Origin: Phoronis australis
Taxonomy: Eukaryota > Animalia > Phoronida
Direction of reading: 5' to 3'
NCBI GenBank assembly: GCA_002633005.1
Contig: NMRA01000471.1
Coordinates: 120,386-184,385 of the forward strand
Length of the DNA: 64,000 bases
Shown here: positions 23,735-36,375 of the stretch, in pieces
Layout of the letters: each line of letters begins with the position of its first letter
Numbering within the stretch: position 1 is the stretch's first letter
Notes under the pieces: generated by a model
Seen by the model: only the letters and a program-made list of their open reading frames with translations
Told to the model about the DNA's origin: nothing
The model's database searches: none
Position numbers and translations under genes: made by a program

Positions 23735-24425
23735 TTCTGCGCGGTCCCGCGACATCTAGCGTTGAAGTTTCCAGCGTTCGTCTGCTTACAAACATCAAAC
23801 AAATACCCGGACGTGTTGATATTCACAATATGATAATAAACAGTGAATGGGTGGCTTCCTTTTTCAAATGTATCTTAAAAATGGCATATTTCACGTATCC
23901 ACTTTTTTGTTCATTTTCAGAATATATTTTCGAACCTAAACATCATTCAGATTTGCTCAAACACGCGCTCCAGAAGTGGCTTGAACAATGTACCAAAATG
24001 TCCCAGGATCGATCAAGTTTTGTAAGGCCAAAGCAATGAAATACAGAGAGATAATTGATGCTGGGTTCTTAGCATTTTACATAAACAACCTCATTGAAAA
24101 CGTCTGTACACATCGGAGTTGGGTGTAAAACACACAACAATTTCTTTCAATTGAAACTGAATCAATAAACAATGCAATTCGCTTTTATGTCATTTAGAAT
24201 AACTGTAAGCACTGTAGTTGATTTGTGTGGCCTAACATATATATATATATAGTTCGGGCATTTCCATCTCAGCAAAACGGTCACGACTTTAGGGCCTCAA
24301 TCAAAATGGCCGGCGATATGAGCGACCATTTCAAAACTCTGCTTATGGAAACAAACACGGGTTGAGATCGAAAAATCACGTATATTTGTGAAGGCTGATA
24401 TATGTCCATGACATCGCATGAGCAG
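23735..24425 (+). mobile_element. Truncated copy of the non-autonomous DNA element at 26310-27126
   Basis: Alignable by eye over ~690 bp with 26366-27051 (CTTCTGCGCGGTCC..CATGACATC.CATGAGCAG). Confidence 0.8.
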
Positions 24426-24845
24426 ATCAAGTTTGAGTCTACTACTGGAATAAAAACTTACTAAAAATTAGCGACGTTGCGTCCGCATCCCCTCACGGAC
24501 TTCAGCTTGGCTTGTGACGGTATTGTTATTCTGGCCAATTGGTGGCGTTTTGACCTAACGGCGCGACACTGACATCAGAACACCTTCCCATACGTGTGAC
24601 AAATTGAATCATAAACCGCCTCTTTTATTTAAAGAGGGACTCTCAATGCGCTCATGGAGAGCTTCCTTTACACCCCTTTTGAACCAGTCTTCCTCACAGT
24701 CTAGGATAGTAACATCATCAGTATTGAAATCATGTCCAGTGGCGCACAGGTGGCTAAAAATAACCGAATCATAAGTGTCCCCGTAATTAGGTCGACGATG
24801 TTGTGACATACGCATTTTTATGGACTGTTTCGTTTCACCAACTGT
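24426..24845 (-). mobile_element. Penelope-like element 3' fragment (GIY-YIG endonuclease C-terminal part plus 3' region)
   Basis: VGETKQSIKMRMSQHRR..SVIFSHLCATGH..VTILDCEEDWFKRGVKEALH..PSLNKRGGL* is a typical PLE endonuclease segment, with a premature stop. Confidence 0.85.
24468..24508 (-). ncRNA. Degenerate minimal hammerhead ribozyme relic of the PLE
   Basis: Minus strand reads AGCTGAA-GTCCGT-gaggggat-GCGGAC-GCAAC-GTC-GCT. Stem II and the GTC cleavage triplet are intact; the CTGANGA and GAAA cores are mutated. Confidence 0.55.
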
Positions 24846-24903
24846 CTGAGCACTGGGGATCCTTACACCTGACACCAAAGACAACACATGATTTATTACC
24901 ATT

Positions 24904-25490
24904 AAGTTAGATAATGGGCCTCAATTGCGGTCGGAGCACCTCAAAACCTTTTGTGAAGAATTTGGGATACATCATCAGAAAGTGACACCCAGATGGGCCC
25001 AAGCTAATGGCGAGATTGAGTCTCAGAATTTATCAATTTTGAAATGCATTCAGATTGTGCATTCAGATTGTGCATTCAAAGGGTTTAGATTGGAAATGAA
25101 AACTCCACAAATATCTAATCGCATATCGTTCTTTGGAACATCCGTCTACTGGCTGAAGTCCTGCTGAAACCATGTTTGCGTGCAAAATTAAAACAAAATT
25201 GCCAGAAATTAAACATTTCCCTGCTGTAGATGACACTGAAATTCGTGATTGTGTTGCAGAAATGAAAGCCAAATACAAAAATGTGGCTGATGATTTGCGT
25301 AATGCAAAGCATTCAGTTGTTGACATGGGAGACAAAGTGTTAATGCATCAGGAAAAGCACGATAAGTTCACTACTAATTTCAACCCAACCCCATATGATG
25401 TTGCCAAAAAAGGAAACAGTGTTATTATTTAATCCCCAGGTCAGTTCAAAATTCTAGGAATACAACAGCTGTGACAAAGTTTTCTGATCC
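24904..25490 (+). mobile_element. Ty3/Gypsy integrase pseudogene fragment
   Basis: DNGPQLRSEHLKTFCEEFGIHHQKVTPRWAQANGEIE (rve core) continues in shifted frames into SPAETMF..KIKTKLP..GDKVLM..PTPYDV. Confidence 0.85.
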
Positions 25491-25958
25491 TTGAGGAAAT
25501 GAGGCTGACGTAAGCCACCTATCTACTTTTGTTAAGGTTAATGGGAAAAGTGTTAATTGTTACTGAGAGTGATGTTGACAGTAATGTTAAAACATAAGAT
25601 ACATGTCGATTAAGTACCACTTGAGGACACCACTGTGGGTAATCGTCCCAAGAGGTTGAGGACTTTCAGATGTAAACAGTAACAGGTTGAAATAGCATGC
25701 CATATGTCACCGTATGATACTCTGTTGATGCTACTTTGGTGTATTGACGAACTTATGGTTGCTCGTTGAAAATTGTAACAACTTGACCTTAGAGCTGGAA
25801 TTCCAAAAGGATTTAGGTTGACATTTTAGTGACATGTGTTTCTCTATACTCTTGAGATAGTTTAACATTGTTTAGTCCTAATTTTTTAATTGTTTGATTG
25901 GCTTGACAATTTCACTGATTACACCATGTACTGTTTGTTTGCTTATCAAAGGCAGCCA

Positions 25959-26128
25959 TGTGGCATATGATATGAACCCGTGACCTTAGCTTGTTCTTAT
26001 AATGACTCTCACTGTTAAACGCTAGTTAGTCAACCATTGGTCTTGAATGTCATAGTATGTGCTTTGATACAGTTGTTATCTAGTACATTATATATGATTG
26101 AATTTGTGTGGTTATTCACAATATTACA
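25959..26128 (+). mobile_element. Possible short 3' LTR of the Gypsy remnant
   Basis: A weak purine-rich tract (AAAGGCAGCCA) is followed by TGTGG...ATATTACA (TG..CA termini) downstream of the integrase. No second LTR seen. Confidence 0.35.
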
Positions 26129-26309
26129 ACCGGTGGGGTGAGTGTCGTTTGATTCCAAGATTTTTAATGCACCACGTCTGATCTTTACTAGCTCTGCATG
26201 TTGATACAGGTTTCACGGCGAGTTGACGAGCAGAACTACCCTGGTTGTGTGCAATTTCGGAGTAAAACACACAGTGGTACCTAGCTGTATTTTGACGATA
26301 GTCTTCATA

Positions 26310-27126
26310 CCGTCAGAGGTCCTAAAGTCGTGAGTGCCCTAAAGTTGTGAACGATCTTATTTCCTCTTCTGCGCGGTCCTGCGACATCTGGCATTGAAGT
26401 TTCCAGCGTTCGTCTGCTTACGAATGTCAAACGAATACCCGGACGTGTTCGTATTCACAATATGATAACAAACAGTGAGTGAGTGGCTTCTTTTTTCAAA
26501 TGTATCTTAAAAACAGCATATTTCACTAATTCACGTTTTTGGGCATTTTTGGGATATATTTTCGAAAATATTTATCGTTCAGATTTACTCAAACACGCGC
26601 TCCAGGGTAGCTTGAACAATGTATCAAAATGTCCCAGGGTCGATCAAGTTTTGTAAGGCCAAAACAATAAAATACAGAGCGATAACTGATGCTGGGTTCT
26701 TAGCGTTTTACGTGAAGAACATCATTGAAAACGTCTGTGCACATCAAAGTTGGGTGCATAACTTATACAACAATTTATTTCAATTGAAACTGAATTAATA
26801 AACAATGCAATGCATTTTTATGTCATCTAGAGTAACTATAAGCACTGTAGTTGACTTGTGTGGTCATACTTTGTGCATTTCCGTCTAAACGAAACGTTCA
26901 CGACTTTAGGGCCTCATTCAAAATGGCCGGCGATATCAGCGACAGTTTTAAAACTCTGCTTACGCCTACGGATACAAACAACTTAGGATTAAGATTGTCA
27001 AAACACGCATATTTGTGAAGGCTGATGTATGTCCATGACATCACATGAGCAGTTGCAAACGGGCACTGGGTAGTATGACAATCAACTGCTTATTATGCTT
27101 ATATTCACGACTTTAGGTCTCCGGTG
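26310..27126. mobile_element. Non-autonomous DNA transposon with imperfect TIRs and flanking TA
   Basis: TA|CCGTCAGAGGTCCTAAAGTCGTGA ... TCACGACTTTAGGTCTCCGGTG|TA. The motif TCACGACTTTAGG also recurs internally. Confidence 0.6.
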
Positions 27127-28595
27127 TATACAGCCACAGGCTACAGTTAGGTGGCTGACTGGCTGGCTACTTTTTAGCCTATATTCACGACTTTAGCCTA
27201 GGTCACCGAGGTCTACTACCTGGACCTCAAAATCAGGAACCGACTGTTGGCCAAGACACGCAACTATGTGTAAAATACGGACCTTCGATCTTTGCTTTGA
27301 CAGACCTGGAAGTCTGCTCATGAAGTTACATTTCGTATACTGGGCGCAGACATCTTGATCGCAACGGCAATACAGCGATTTACGACATCTGTTGGTCAGT
27401 GTTGACTTTGACTTTTAAAAATTGTTCCTGTATTTTGCGAACACAACCTTTGTGTGTCTTCACGCATACCAGATATCGATTGATTTGTGTTTGCGCAAAC
27501 TGAAGATTGTACAGATTTTGAAATAAAATTAAAGTTGGATAACAAAATGTAAAATTCGATAGTATGTAAAACAAACGCTAGACGTCGTGACGGCGTCAAG
27601 GTCTAACCAGAGACCCTTGACCTGCTACAGAAAAGAGTCAACAGCGTGCTCGGAGGAATACTCTCCGTGCTTATAATGTAGGTCAACAAGGAGGAAGTAT
27701 TTCTTTACGAGTATCTATGGACTTATGTTCAGACTGAGGTGGTTGGACTACTGGCTACTGCAACGCGCTAGCAAAATTGCTGTAAACTACACTGGGGCAT
27801 TCTGGTTATTTCGTATACGTTTTTGAGACTTTAAGTTGTTTGTGTCGACTGCGCAGTCAACAAGTTGGAACAGGTCAGTGGGTTTTCTTTTTTTTGCACT
27901 TAAAGTTACAGCAGCTGGTCACCTTTGACTGGGATTGATCAGATGCCTAGGGATTTCTACGATAGGCCACTGTGCTTCATTTAAATGTCGTTATTATCAG
28001 CCTTAGTTGCGGTAAACGGGCAGTGAAGGGGTCCCTCTTAAAAATTGCTACTGGGAACCAGTTGCCAGTCATGTTGCCATTAGCCTTGGCAATGCACCGC
28101 TAAGGCGCTAAGCCCAAGGCAATGGCAGGGTGTGGGCAAACAAATATGGCCAAAATTCAGCAGTAGCGAAACTTTGCCATTTTTCATGATTTTCACATTA
28201 GCTCTATTTGCAAGCTAAGTGGTGCAAAATGAAAATTATGCCACCGAAATATAATAAACTTTCTATCCATTACAACGATGAGGCACTAATGATTTTTTTA
28301 AGTTGAAGTAATGCCAGCACTTAACACATATCTCACTCACCAGTAAATTTTTGTGACTTACAGTAGGGGTGAAACTTTCAGCTGCTAAATGGCCGTTACT
28401 GAACCTCGGATTTTAATGGTATTTTTATCAAACTATTTGCAAAATATTCTGCTTTCAAGCCTGAGTGTACACTGTTTATTTTTTTGATAAAATATGAGAA
28501 AATGTATTTTTTTAATTTATAGCCTCATCATTCTCTCACCTGGAAAAATCCTGAAAGTGTACACTCAATGTCACATTCACCAATCATCTCCTTAT

Positions 28596-28718
28596 CCATT
28601 TCTCATCAATTTGTTTCACTTTATCTCTCTATTTCCATTTCTCATCAATTTGTTTCACTTTATCTCTCTATTTCCATTTCTCATCAATTTGTTTCACTTT
28701 ATCTCTCTATTTCCATTT
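28596..28718. repeat. 39-bp tandem repeat x3
   Basis: Unit CCATTTCTCATCAATTTGTTTCACTTTATCTCTCTATTT. Confidence 0.9.
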
Positions 28719-30670
28719 AGGAACATCTCTAAAAAGGTAAACTTAGTCATTTTTCAAGAACCTTGTTGACCTTTCCAGGGTTCAAACAGAATCGAACCTA
28801 ATTGGTAAATGTATTTAACACAACCAGTCAAAACTTCTCTAAATTACAAAAAGTGTAAGTACAGAATGTTTTTAAAGTTCAATTTAACTTCATTTTTTGG
28901 GATAGAGTCAGTCTTTTTCATTTTCTTCAAAAACGCGTTTTATTTGTGGTGTCATTGTGATCAGTTTCATTTTTAGAAAATTACGTTAAAATAATTACGT
29001 TAAAATAATTGTTCAGTCAATGCTTTTGTGCATCAAAACATTTTAAAATACGAATATGCTTTTTTTGGATGGTCACCAACGCAACACTTAACAGTTCTTA
29101 TGTTATTTGATAGGAATGAAATTGATTTAAAGTTTGTTGAAATTTTACGGTCCAATTTAATGTGTTTAATGAAAAACTCGCGTTTTCATTTTTTATGGTA
29201 TGGTGTGCAACATCAGATTGTGAAAACATTGGCCTTACTTGGGAAAAAAGAATAATTCACATAACCTCGTAGGTTTTTAAATAAATATCAAAATACTCTG
29301 AAAAAGACTAGGTTTCTGGTTTTTGTTCTTTTTGAATTCATTTGTTATGCAAATTTCATTTTTTTAGAATTTTTAAAAATTTTTTGGAACATAAACATTT
29401 TCACTAAATCAGTAATTCTTGAAGTGTTCTATCATTTTCAAGGTAATAAGTTGCACTCTTTTACAAAAAATTTCTTGTTCAACTTAGCTTCAGGGACAGA
29501 AATGTCCTGTCACAAGTCGATGGTGAATTTTTCAATAGTTGTTGTTCTTGTACACGCAAAACAAAATAGTTTGTGGTTTGGTGTCGATGCTATGTTGTTA
29601 ACCTACTTGTGACGGACACTCTATTTTCTTTTTGGAACACAGTAAGCTATGGATTTCTAAATAGTTGTCTAAACTTGCCACTTTCTGTGCCCTGAAATTT
29701 CTGAGTGCGGTTTGCTGAAAAAAGGCCATTTTTGAGGCCCTAATGTTTAAATAATTCGAGAGCCGCCCAACCGATTTAAAAAATTCAAAAAGTTGTATAA
29801 ATGGCATGTCTAGAGCTACCATTTAGGACTGCTTTCTTGCTCACCCTACCATTGGCACTAGTTGGATATAGCGGTCCCTGATTTAGAGAAACAGGCAATC
29901 ACTGAATAACGGGCCTGATATTTAGTTGATGAAACTGGTTCTCTTTTGATGTTGGTACATAATACTGTGGTTAAGCTGTTCAGAGCTTACAGCCACACGA
30001 AGGATTCAACAGGTTCATGAAAGTTAAGTGGTTATTGTTTACAATTCGACTCCATTAACGTACATACTTTACATTACTATACAATCCGATTCCATTAACG
30101 TACCTACTTGTATTAATATTTTCTGAATCCTCTCGCCATGGGGATCATGATGTTTCCAAAAATGTATTACTCTTACCGATTGGGCTCTTATTCATGCATT
30201 TACTGTTTTTACGAGGTGTTCTTTTGCTAATATTTAGAAGACTCCAAAATTGTCTAGAATGTTGAAGATACCCCATGTCACATTAGGAAAACTCTGAGTA
30301 AAAAACAATATTAGTCGTTTAAACGAATGTTTTTTTTTCATTCAAAGTTTTTTGGTGAAAGTATTTCACACAAAACACATGTGCTTCATGACATTTGTTG
30401 AAAGTCATTTGCAAATAGTATTTTTAAATTTCTGTTAGTGTCAGGTGTGCTGTTTACAACATTAAAAATTGATGAATTACTTGAGCTTATCAGATGAAAG
30501 CAGATAATAAGAGATCTGGACTGAACATTGGTTTACCACTGTCAAACTGATAAGGACACTGATTTATCCTGATTGGCTGATCAGTCAATCAGGATACTCA
30601 TTCCACTGCGCGGTGCATAATGTATAAGGACACCTTAGGTCATTGGGATGTCTTTAACTCTTCCTATAAT

Positions 30671-33600
30671 CAGGAAGAGATAACCAGGAAGGGACAACTA
30701 GCTAAACCGCCGTTTTTGGCCTCCTTCCTAGGTCTAATTTCAGGACGTAAGTTTTGTTTGAAAGGAAACAGATTGTTTTATCAGAGAAATTAAAACTTTT
30801 TCTATAGAAGGATATCAAAAAACTTTGCAACCTTAAACAGTGGTGTAATTGTACTTTGAAAATATCAATTTCAGCGCATGCAATCGCAACTTCCCACACG
30901 CAGTCACGGGTATTTAAGCTTTTCCGTCGATGTATAGATGGCGCAGTATTCAAGTACTCCCTCATTTGCATATCAAATTTGCATGTGGGAGTTCTGAGAC
31001 TCGTCAGTTGTTGGTCGAGCGCTTGAGTTGATAAAGCGGTGACCTCTCTCTGAGAGCACACGCTGATGAAGATACCACTGCTAACTCGATCGCTTCGCAA
31101 TCAGGAGGTCAAAACACTCTCATGAAAGCAGTTCTGAATTCCAGCTAAGCAAGCCCTATTTCGAGGAGCGGACTTTGAATTGTTATCGTCCCTTGACAGT
31201 GGATTGCAGAGATTAGAATGAGGTCAACATCGAACTTTCTGCGGCTGCCTATCGTGTTGACAAAAGTTTGAAGTGTCAGAACTGTAGGAAAGCGGGTATA
31301 TCGTTATTTTTACTTCCTCGAGAGTCTGAAATGCTTAGAAAGTGGCTCATGGTAGTGAAGAATGAAATGTACGCTGTAAATACCAAGTATAAGGCCGTGA
31401 AACATCTCCGTGTCTGTGGCCTACGGACGTCGACAGTGCCTGACGAATGCCGGCTTACCAAATAACTCCATACGTTCCATTGTCTGAGCTTGTTCACGGT
31501 GCCTCTCTAGTATTTCTTCATCACTGTATTCCTGTTTGAATTGATAGCCTGTAAAACTTAACGATCCACCCGCGAAGTCGGGACTGATGAGCTGTAGCTC
31601 GTCCTAAATCGGGATTGCGAGTTGCCATGTTGGCGTTTATATTACTGAGCGTTCTGTTTCAAAATGAATTATTCTCACCCTAACCATTACTTATATAAAA
31701 CTGAAACAAAATCTGTCTGATTAGATGCAATTTGTATTGCCTTTGGAGTGCTCGTGAGTGCAAATGATTTGAGAAGCCAGCAATGAATAAATCACTGCGT
31801 TACCGGCTTTAGGTGCAATAAAACTAATTGACGGGACACCGAGGCCGTGTGAGCTCATGCTAATTTAGTGTTTGCTGGCAGAAACTGTGAAACAACTCGA
31901 TTTCCATCCCACGGCCATGTGTTAGGGGAATCTTTATTTACATAAATTACTCAAATAATGATTGTCAATGTACAACTTCTGCCCTGACGGTGCTGTGGCC
32001 AAAGCAGAACCTCTGAATTCGCGGCTCCCGACGAGTAAGTAGATTTGCAGTTTCGTGGCTAATTCACCAACATAATCACGTGCACATTTCTTCTTTGGCT
32101 CACTAGTATAATATTTTCTTGACTGGAAGTTTAGTTTCCCCTGAACTTTGGCTGGTTTATGTTCGTGATGTCTGATTAGTATCGGAGCCACTGGCCGGGA
32201 TAACGTGGAGTCAATCCGGCTGACCGTGACGGGCCTGATCGGGCTCCGAGCCACTGGCCAGGATAACAAGCGTTTTGTGTTTAGACCTCAAAAAATCACA
32301 AGTTTAAACAGCACAGATCTAAGTTATCCTGTCTGTATCTCACGTAAAATACTTCGAAATTGTCTCCAAACAGATCCCAAACTCCTGCTACGGACCTTAT
32401 TGGCCTGCCGAACTTTGTAGGCTACGGTGTGTCCAAATGCCAATAAATCCGTAAGAGCGAAATAAAACAACACGTTTTTATAAGAACTCGGTGTATTTTT
32501 GTAAGGGTTTTACATCGAAGTTTGATGGATTTATAGGTGTTAAACGATGAATTCATGCGATAAGCTGACACCAGAAACCCGTGTTGTGAACTGCTGAACA
32601 GACTGCGTGTGAAACCGATGACGTCATTGGATAATTTCAACATCTCCGTCTGCCGTCAGGTGTCAGGTAACACAACCGTACGTGTCGTTATGGAGTAGAA
32701 CTAATCGATCTAAATTGGGAGGGCGAGTGCCACCCCAAAAAAATTGCATGCCTCACGGTCAAACCATGGCAACCGACAAAGGTGTGGGGCTGGGGAAAGA
32801 CAAAAAAGAAAGACTTCGAATACTGATCAGAGAGAAAATTCAAGAGAACATTGACAACTCGGTATCAGTGTATGGTTTACCATTTGAGGGCCCTGGCCAG
32901 GACAATTGTTGTTAGGGTCTCTGTTTTTGCAGCACGGGTCTTCTAAGCGCCCTTGAAAATGTGCACTTAATCATTCATACATGTATTTCGAAATTCGATA
33001 AAATTTGTAAAGCAAAAGTTTTGTGGAGCGTAATAATTCAGTCCGGGTTTTTCAGTGGTCCATACGCGGTGCACTACAAGGGGGCTGAGGAGGCTTTAGC
33101 CCCCACTTTTCTCAGAGCTGCGCCCTGTATACACCTCCGACATGACACTGCCAACTACTCAGAGAGGTAGTTGAGATTCCAAATTCATCAAAAACACAAA
33201 ACATCTGTGCACAGCACAGAAGCTGTCTTGTAAGAAATGGCGATGCGTCACTGAACTTAGTTGAAGGCTGACTTGCAAAAATTTGATCCATCATCAGACC
33301 ACCATATTGCAAAGAAGGACACTAAACGATAACAGTGATATTCATGAATGTCAGGCAGCTCTAAACGCTTTATTGAATTAAAAACTAGACTAATGAAATT
33401 CAAAAATTTACAAACCGTAGATCGAAAAAGAAGTTCAAGTCATTGCTCATAAATTTGGAAAAATTGTCTTTGCACTTACTTGATGCTTGTAGTTCCCAGT
33501 AGAATTGTGCAATGAATTTACTTTAGGTTCTTCTAAACCGAATCGTTTGCTTGTCATTCCCGTGCACACTGCAAAAGGCTGGACACGTCGTGACTCAGTG

Positions 33601-34624
33601 ACTTACCCATGTTAAAAATAAGGTGTAGTCATGCAGTAGGCTGCTCGTGTAGAATCCGCGCACAGTGATTGACGGGAAAAGAACTTGAACTGCAGGGGTT
33701 GAAGTGTGTGCATTTTTGGGACACGCGTTCATTTTCCCCAGCCCCCCGGCAGAAGTTGGACCAGTGGCCGTGTTTCAACAAGGAATTTTGATACAGCTCT
33801 ATAGGCCAAGGACTTCGGGATCATACCTTTCAAAAAAAATCTTCAGGAAATGACTGTATTAAAATGAAGTTTTCCCAAAACTGGGTCTAAAAAAAACCTT
33901 GGCGCCAGAACACTGGTATAGGTTCTAGTTAAGCCGCACGTCTCAAATGAATCATAGAGGAGCTGACCAGCGACTAGCATTAGTTCTTAGAATTGCGCAT
34001 GTATGGATCAGACTTCCTGGCGACGCCATGACACCGGTCACTGTGGGAGCAGCTGATTTCTTGACAAAATAACACCTGCTTCTTAATCTGGATTTAAGCA
34101 AAATGACGAAGTCCAGGCATACACACATGCAAGCGTGTCCAAATAAAATTAAATGTATTTTCATGTGAAACCATTCAATGTTCTTTGAACATTGACTTGT
34201 GTGAGTTCTTAATTTTCTTAGATCTGCCCAATCAGGTAGAACTGCGTTTCAAGTCATTCACTATAGGCACCTGAGGGCTCAAATTGGAAGCTCGCGTCGT
34301 ATGACGTCATATGACGTAGGAGATGCGAGCCTCATTTGCATATATTAGTGACATCTGTTGGTTCAAAAAAGAGGATCATGCCCGAGTACATGCTTGGGAA
34401 GAGGCATCTTTTGGAAGGGTAAAACAAGTCATGCTCAAAGCATCCTAGTGCCATTAATATGCAGTCTTTGGGGACCAAAGTGGTGTCATTTTATAGCTAA
34501 AGAATTAAGCTTTCAAACACAATGCTAGGATTCCAGACGACTTTATCATTTACTTTTGAAATCCCCTTTGAAAACACGTTAAAATGCGCTAAAACAGTTG
34601 TCCCTTCCTGGTTATCTCTTCCTG
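30671..34624. mobile_element. ~3.95-kb DNA transposon derivative with perfect 29-bp TIRs and a THAP remnant
   Basis: CAGGAAGAGATAACCAGGAAGGGACAACT at 30671-30699 and its exact reverse complement at 34596-34624. CCTCATTTGCATAT occurs near both ends (~30960, ~34330). Confidence 0.8.
31218..31490 (+). pseudogene. Decayed THAP zinc-finger domain
   Basis: ..CQNCRKAGISLFLLPRESEMLRKWLMVVK..KHLRVCGL fits the THAP pattern (F.xP..RxxW..xC.xH). The His is replaced by Arg, the N-terminus is frameshifted, and an AVPT-like NSIRSI lies in a shifted frame. Confidence 0.6.
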
Positions 34625-35361
34625 CTATAAATTAACTCCTGCAATTAACTTTTTTTCGATCAGTGCTTCATTCAGTTACCCAAACTAGCAATGGTCCATC
34701 TTATACTGCTTACACCAAGGAATCCATATCACACAGTTAGGCATAACTTAGAAATGTGTACACAGTTGTCAGTGATGTGTGTCATTTCCTCTTTGACTGA
34801 TAATTGTTTTGTTGCCCTCTGTTAATTCTGAGCTTAGAATGTGTGTATTAGGTGCACTACAGTTATATCTCAGCAATTTGGTCTGACAAGTGAAATTCTA
34901 TTTTATCATTTTTCCGACATGGAACCAGCATGTGGTACCTAATTAAATGATTTTCCATTTTCCAGATATGGACAACAGCTATTAAAATTGTGGGCAATCA
35001 GAGTTGTTTGGAAGCCTTCGAAAATGAAAAGGGCATTTGTGACTACAATTATTTTTGTCTGAAACTGGTGTGTTTGAAATCAGTATGACATTTCCTGCTG
35101 TCTTTGTGCTTAAACAGAAATTTATAGCCTCCAAAGTAGTCATCAGAGTTATATGAAGTCAATCTAAATCTATGACTGACTGGTTGTGAGCCTGTTGGAA
35201 ATGGTGACCTATACTTTAAACTGTAGGTTCAAGTGAACTTATAAACAAATAAATCCATCGTCAGCTTTGTTTCAATCTTGAGGAAAAGGCTATGCACATA
35301 TTAAAAACAACTATAAAAGTTACAAAATTGTCAAAACAAAGTATGGTTAAAGTTTAAAAAT

Positions 35362-35492
35362 GACCAATATTGGCTGTCCCAATATTGGATGTCCCAACAT
35401 TAGATGTCCCAATATTCGATGCACCAATATTGTCATGGGTGTCCCGATATTCGATGTCCCAGTATTGGATGACCCAATATTGGGGTGTCCCG
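35362..35492. repeat. 15-bp minisatellite (CCAATATTGGATGTC)n, ~8 degenerate units
   Basis: Each unit contains the palindrome CCAATATTGG. Confidence 0.85.
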
Positions 35493-35753
35493 AATTCAAG
35501 AATTACTATCATCTACGAACGATCATTCAGCTGGATGATATAATAATTGATGGGGACACATCAAAATGTTTCCTCGGTGAGGATTTTTAATGATTTTATA
35601 AACTGCCAAGTTTATACATAGGCTCTGTTGATACGAAACGTGGTGTCCAGTATTTCAGACCTGCTCATTAGCGGTCAATAACCTTTAGAAGGCCTCCTAA
35701 TTGAAATTCAATTTTTAATCATTGTATTATTATAATTTAATGTAAATAAAAGT

Positions 35754-35838
35754 GTTTCTCTGTCTCTCTCTTTTTCTCCCTCCCCACCCCTCCCTCCCTC
35801 CCTCCCCCACCCCTCCCTCCCTCCCTCCCTCTCTCTCA
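35754..35838. repeat. Polypyrimidine C-rich tract (G-runs on the minus strand)
   Basis: CTCCCTCCCCACCCCTCCCTCCC... about 0.5 kb upstream of the CABIT coding exon. Confidence 0.8.
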
Positions 35839-36375
35839 GAAATATGATTACCCGGTAACCAAAATCTGCCATTGAGATCCAAAGACTGAGCCTTGTAAAA
35901 CAGCCCTAGTTGCGTTCTTCCATTCAGTTTGAGCTTCATTCTTGTTTTTTCATTTTACCAAACAGTCTTGAGTCACTCTTATCCCATACTTTTCCAGTTT
36001 GTATTGATTTAGATTTACAAACTCATGTTTTAGTTTGGGACATATCTCTTGCACAATACCAATTTCCGGACTGAAAAGTCTAATCAAAATATAGGCTGGG
36101 TTTTGATAAAAAAATTCTCTGGACAGTTAATGCACAGTACTCAATGGTTTACCGCAGCAGGAATTGTTCTATAAAATGATTGTGAAGAAATGATTTGTGA
36201 TTGAAAAGTTTAAGGTTTTGGTATCCATTTCATACAATTATGCACCTGTTTTCTTGAAAATCAAACAGCGCGGAATCAGTGTTTATGGTGTCTTTTCAGA
36301 ACTGACATTATAAAGCAGTCTCCAGTATAATCACAGAAAATTCACATAATGTAGTCTCCAGTATAATCACAGAGA

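Noticed and set aside
23735-27051. Direct repeats as LTRs of one retrotransposon
   Set aside because: No TG..CA termini or PBS. The right copy has TIRs and TA flanks, and the interior mixes opposite-strand PLE and Gypsy pieces.
31581-31604. CTGATGA hairpin as a hammerhead or C/D snoRNA
   Set aside because: No GAAA box after the stem and no matching D box with terminal stem. It is only a short hairpin.
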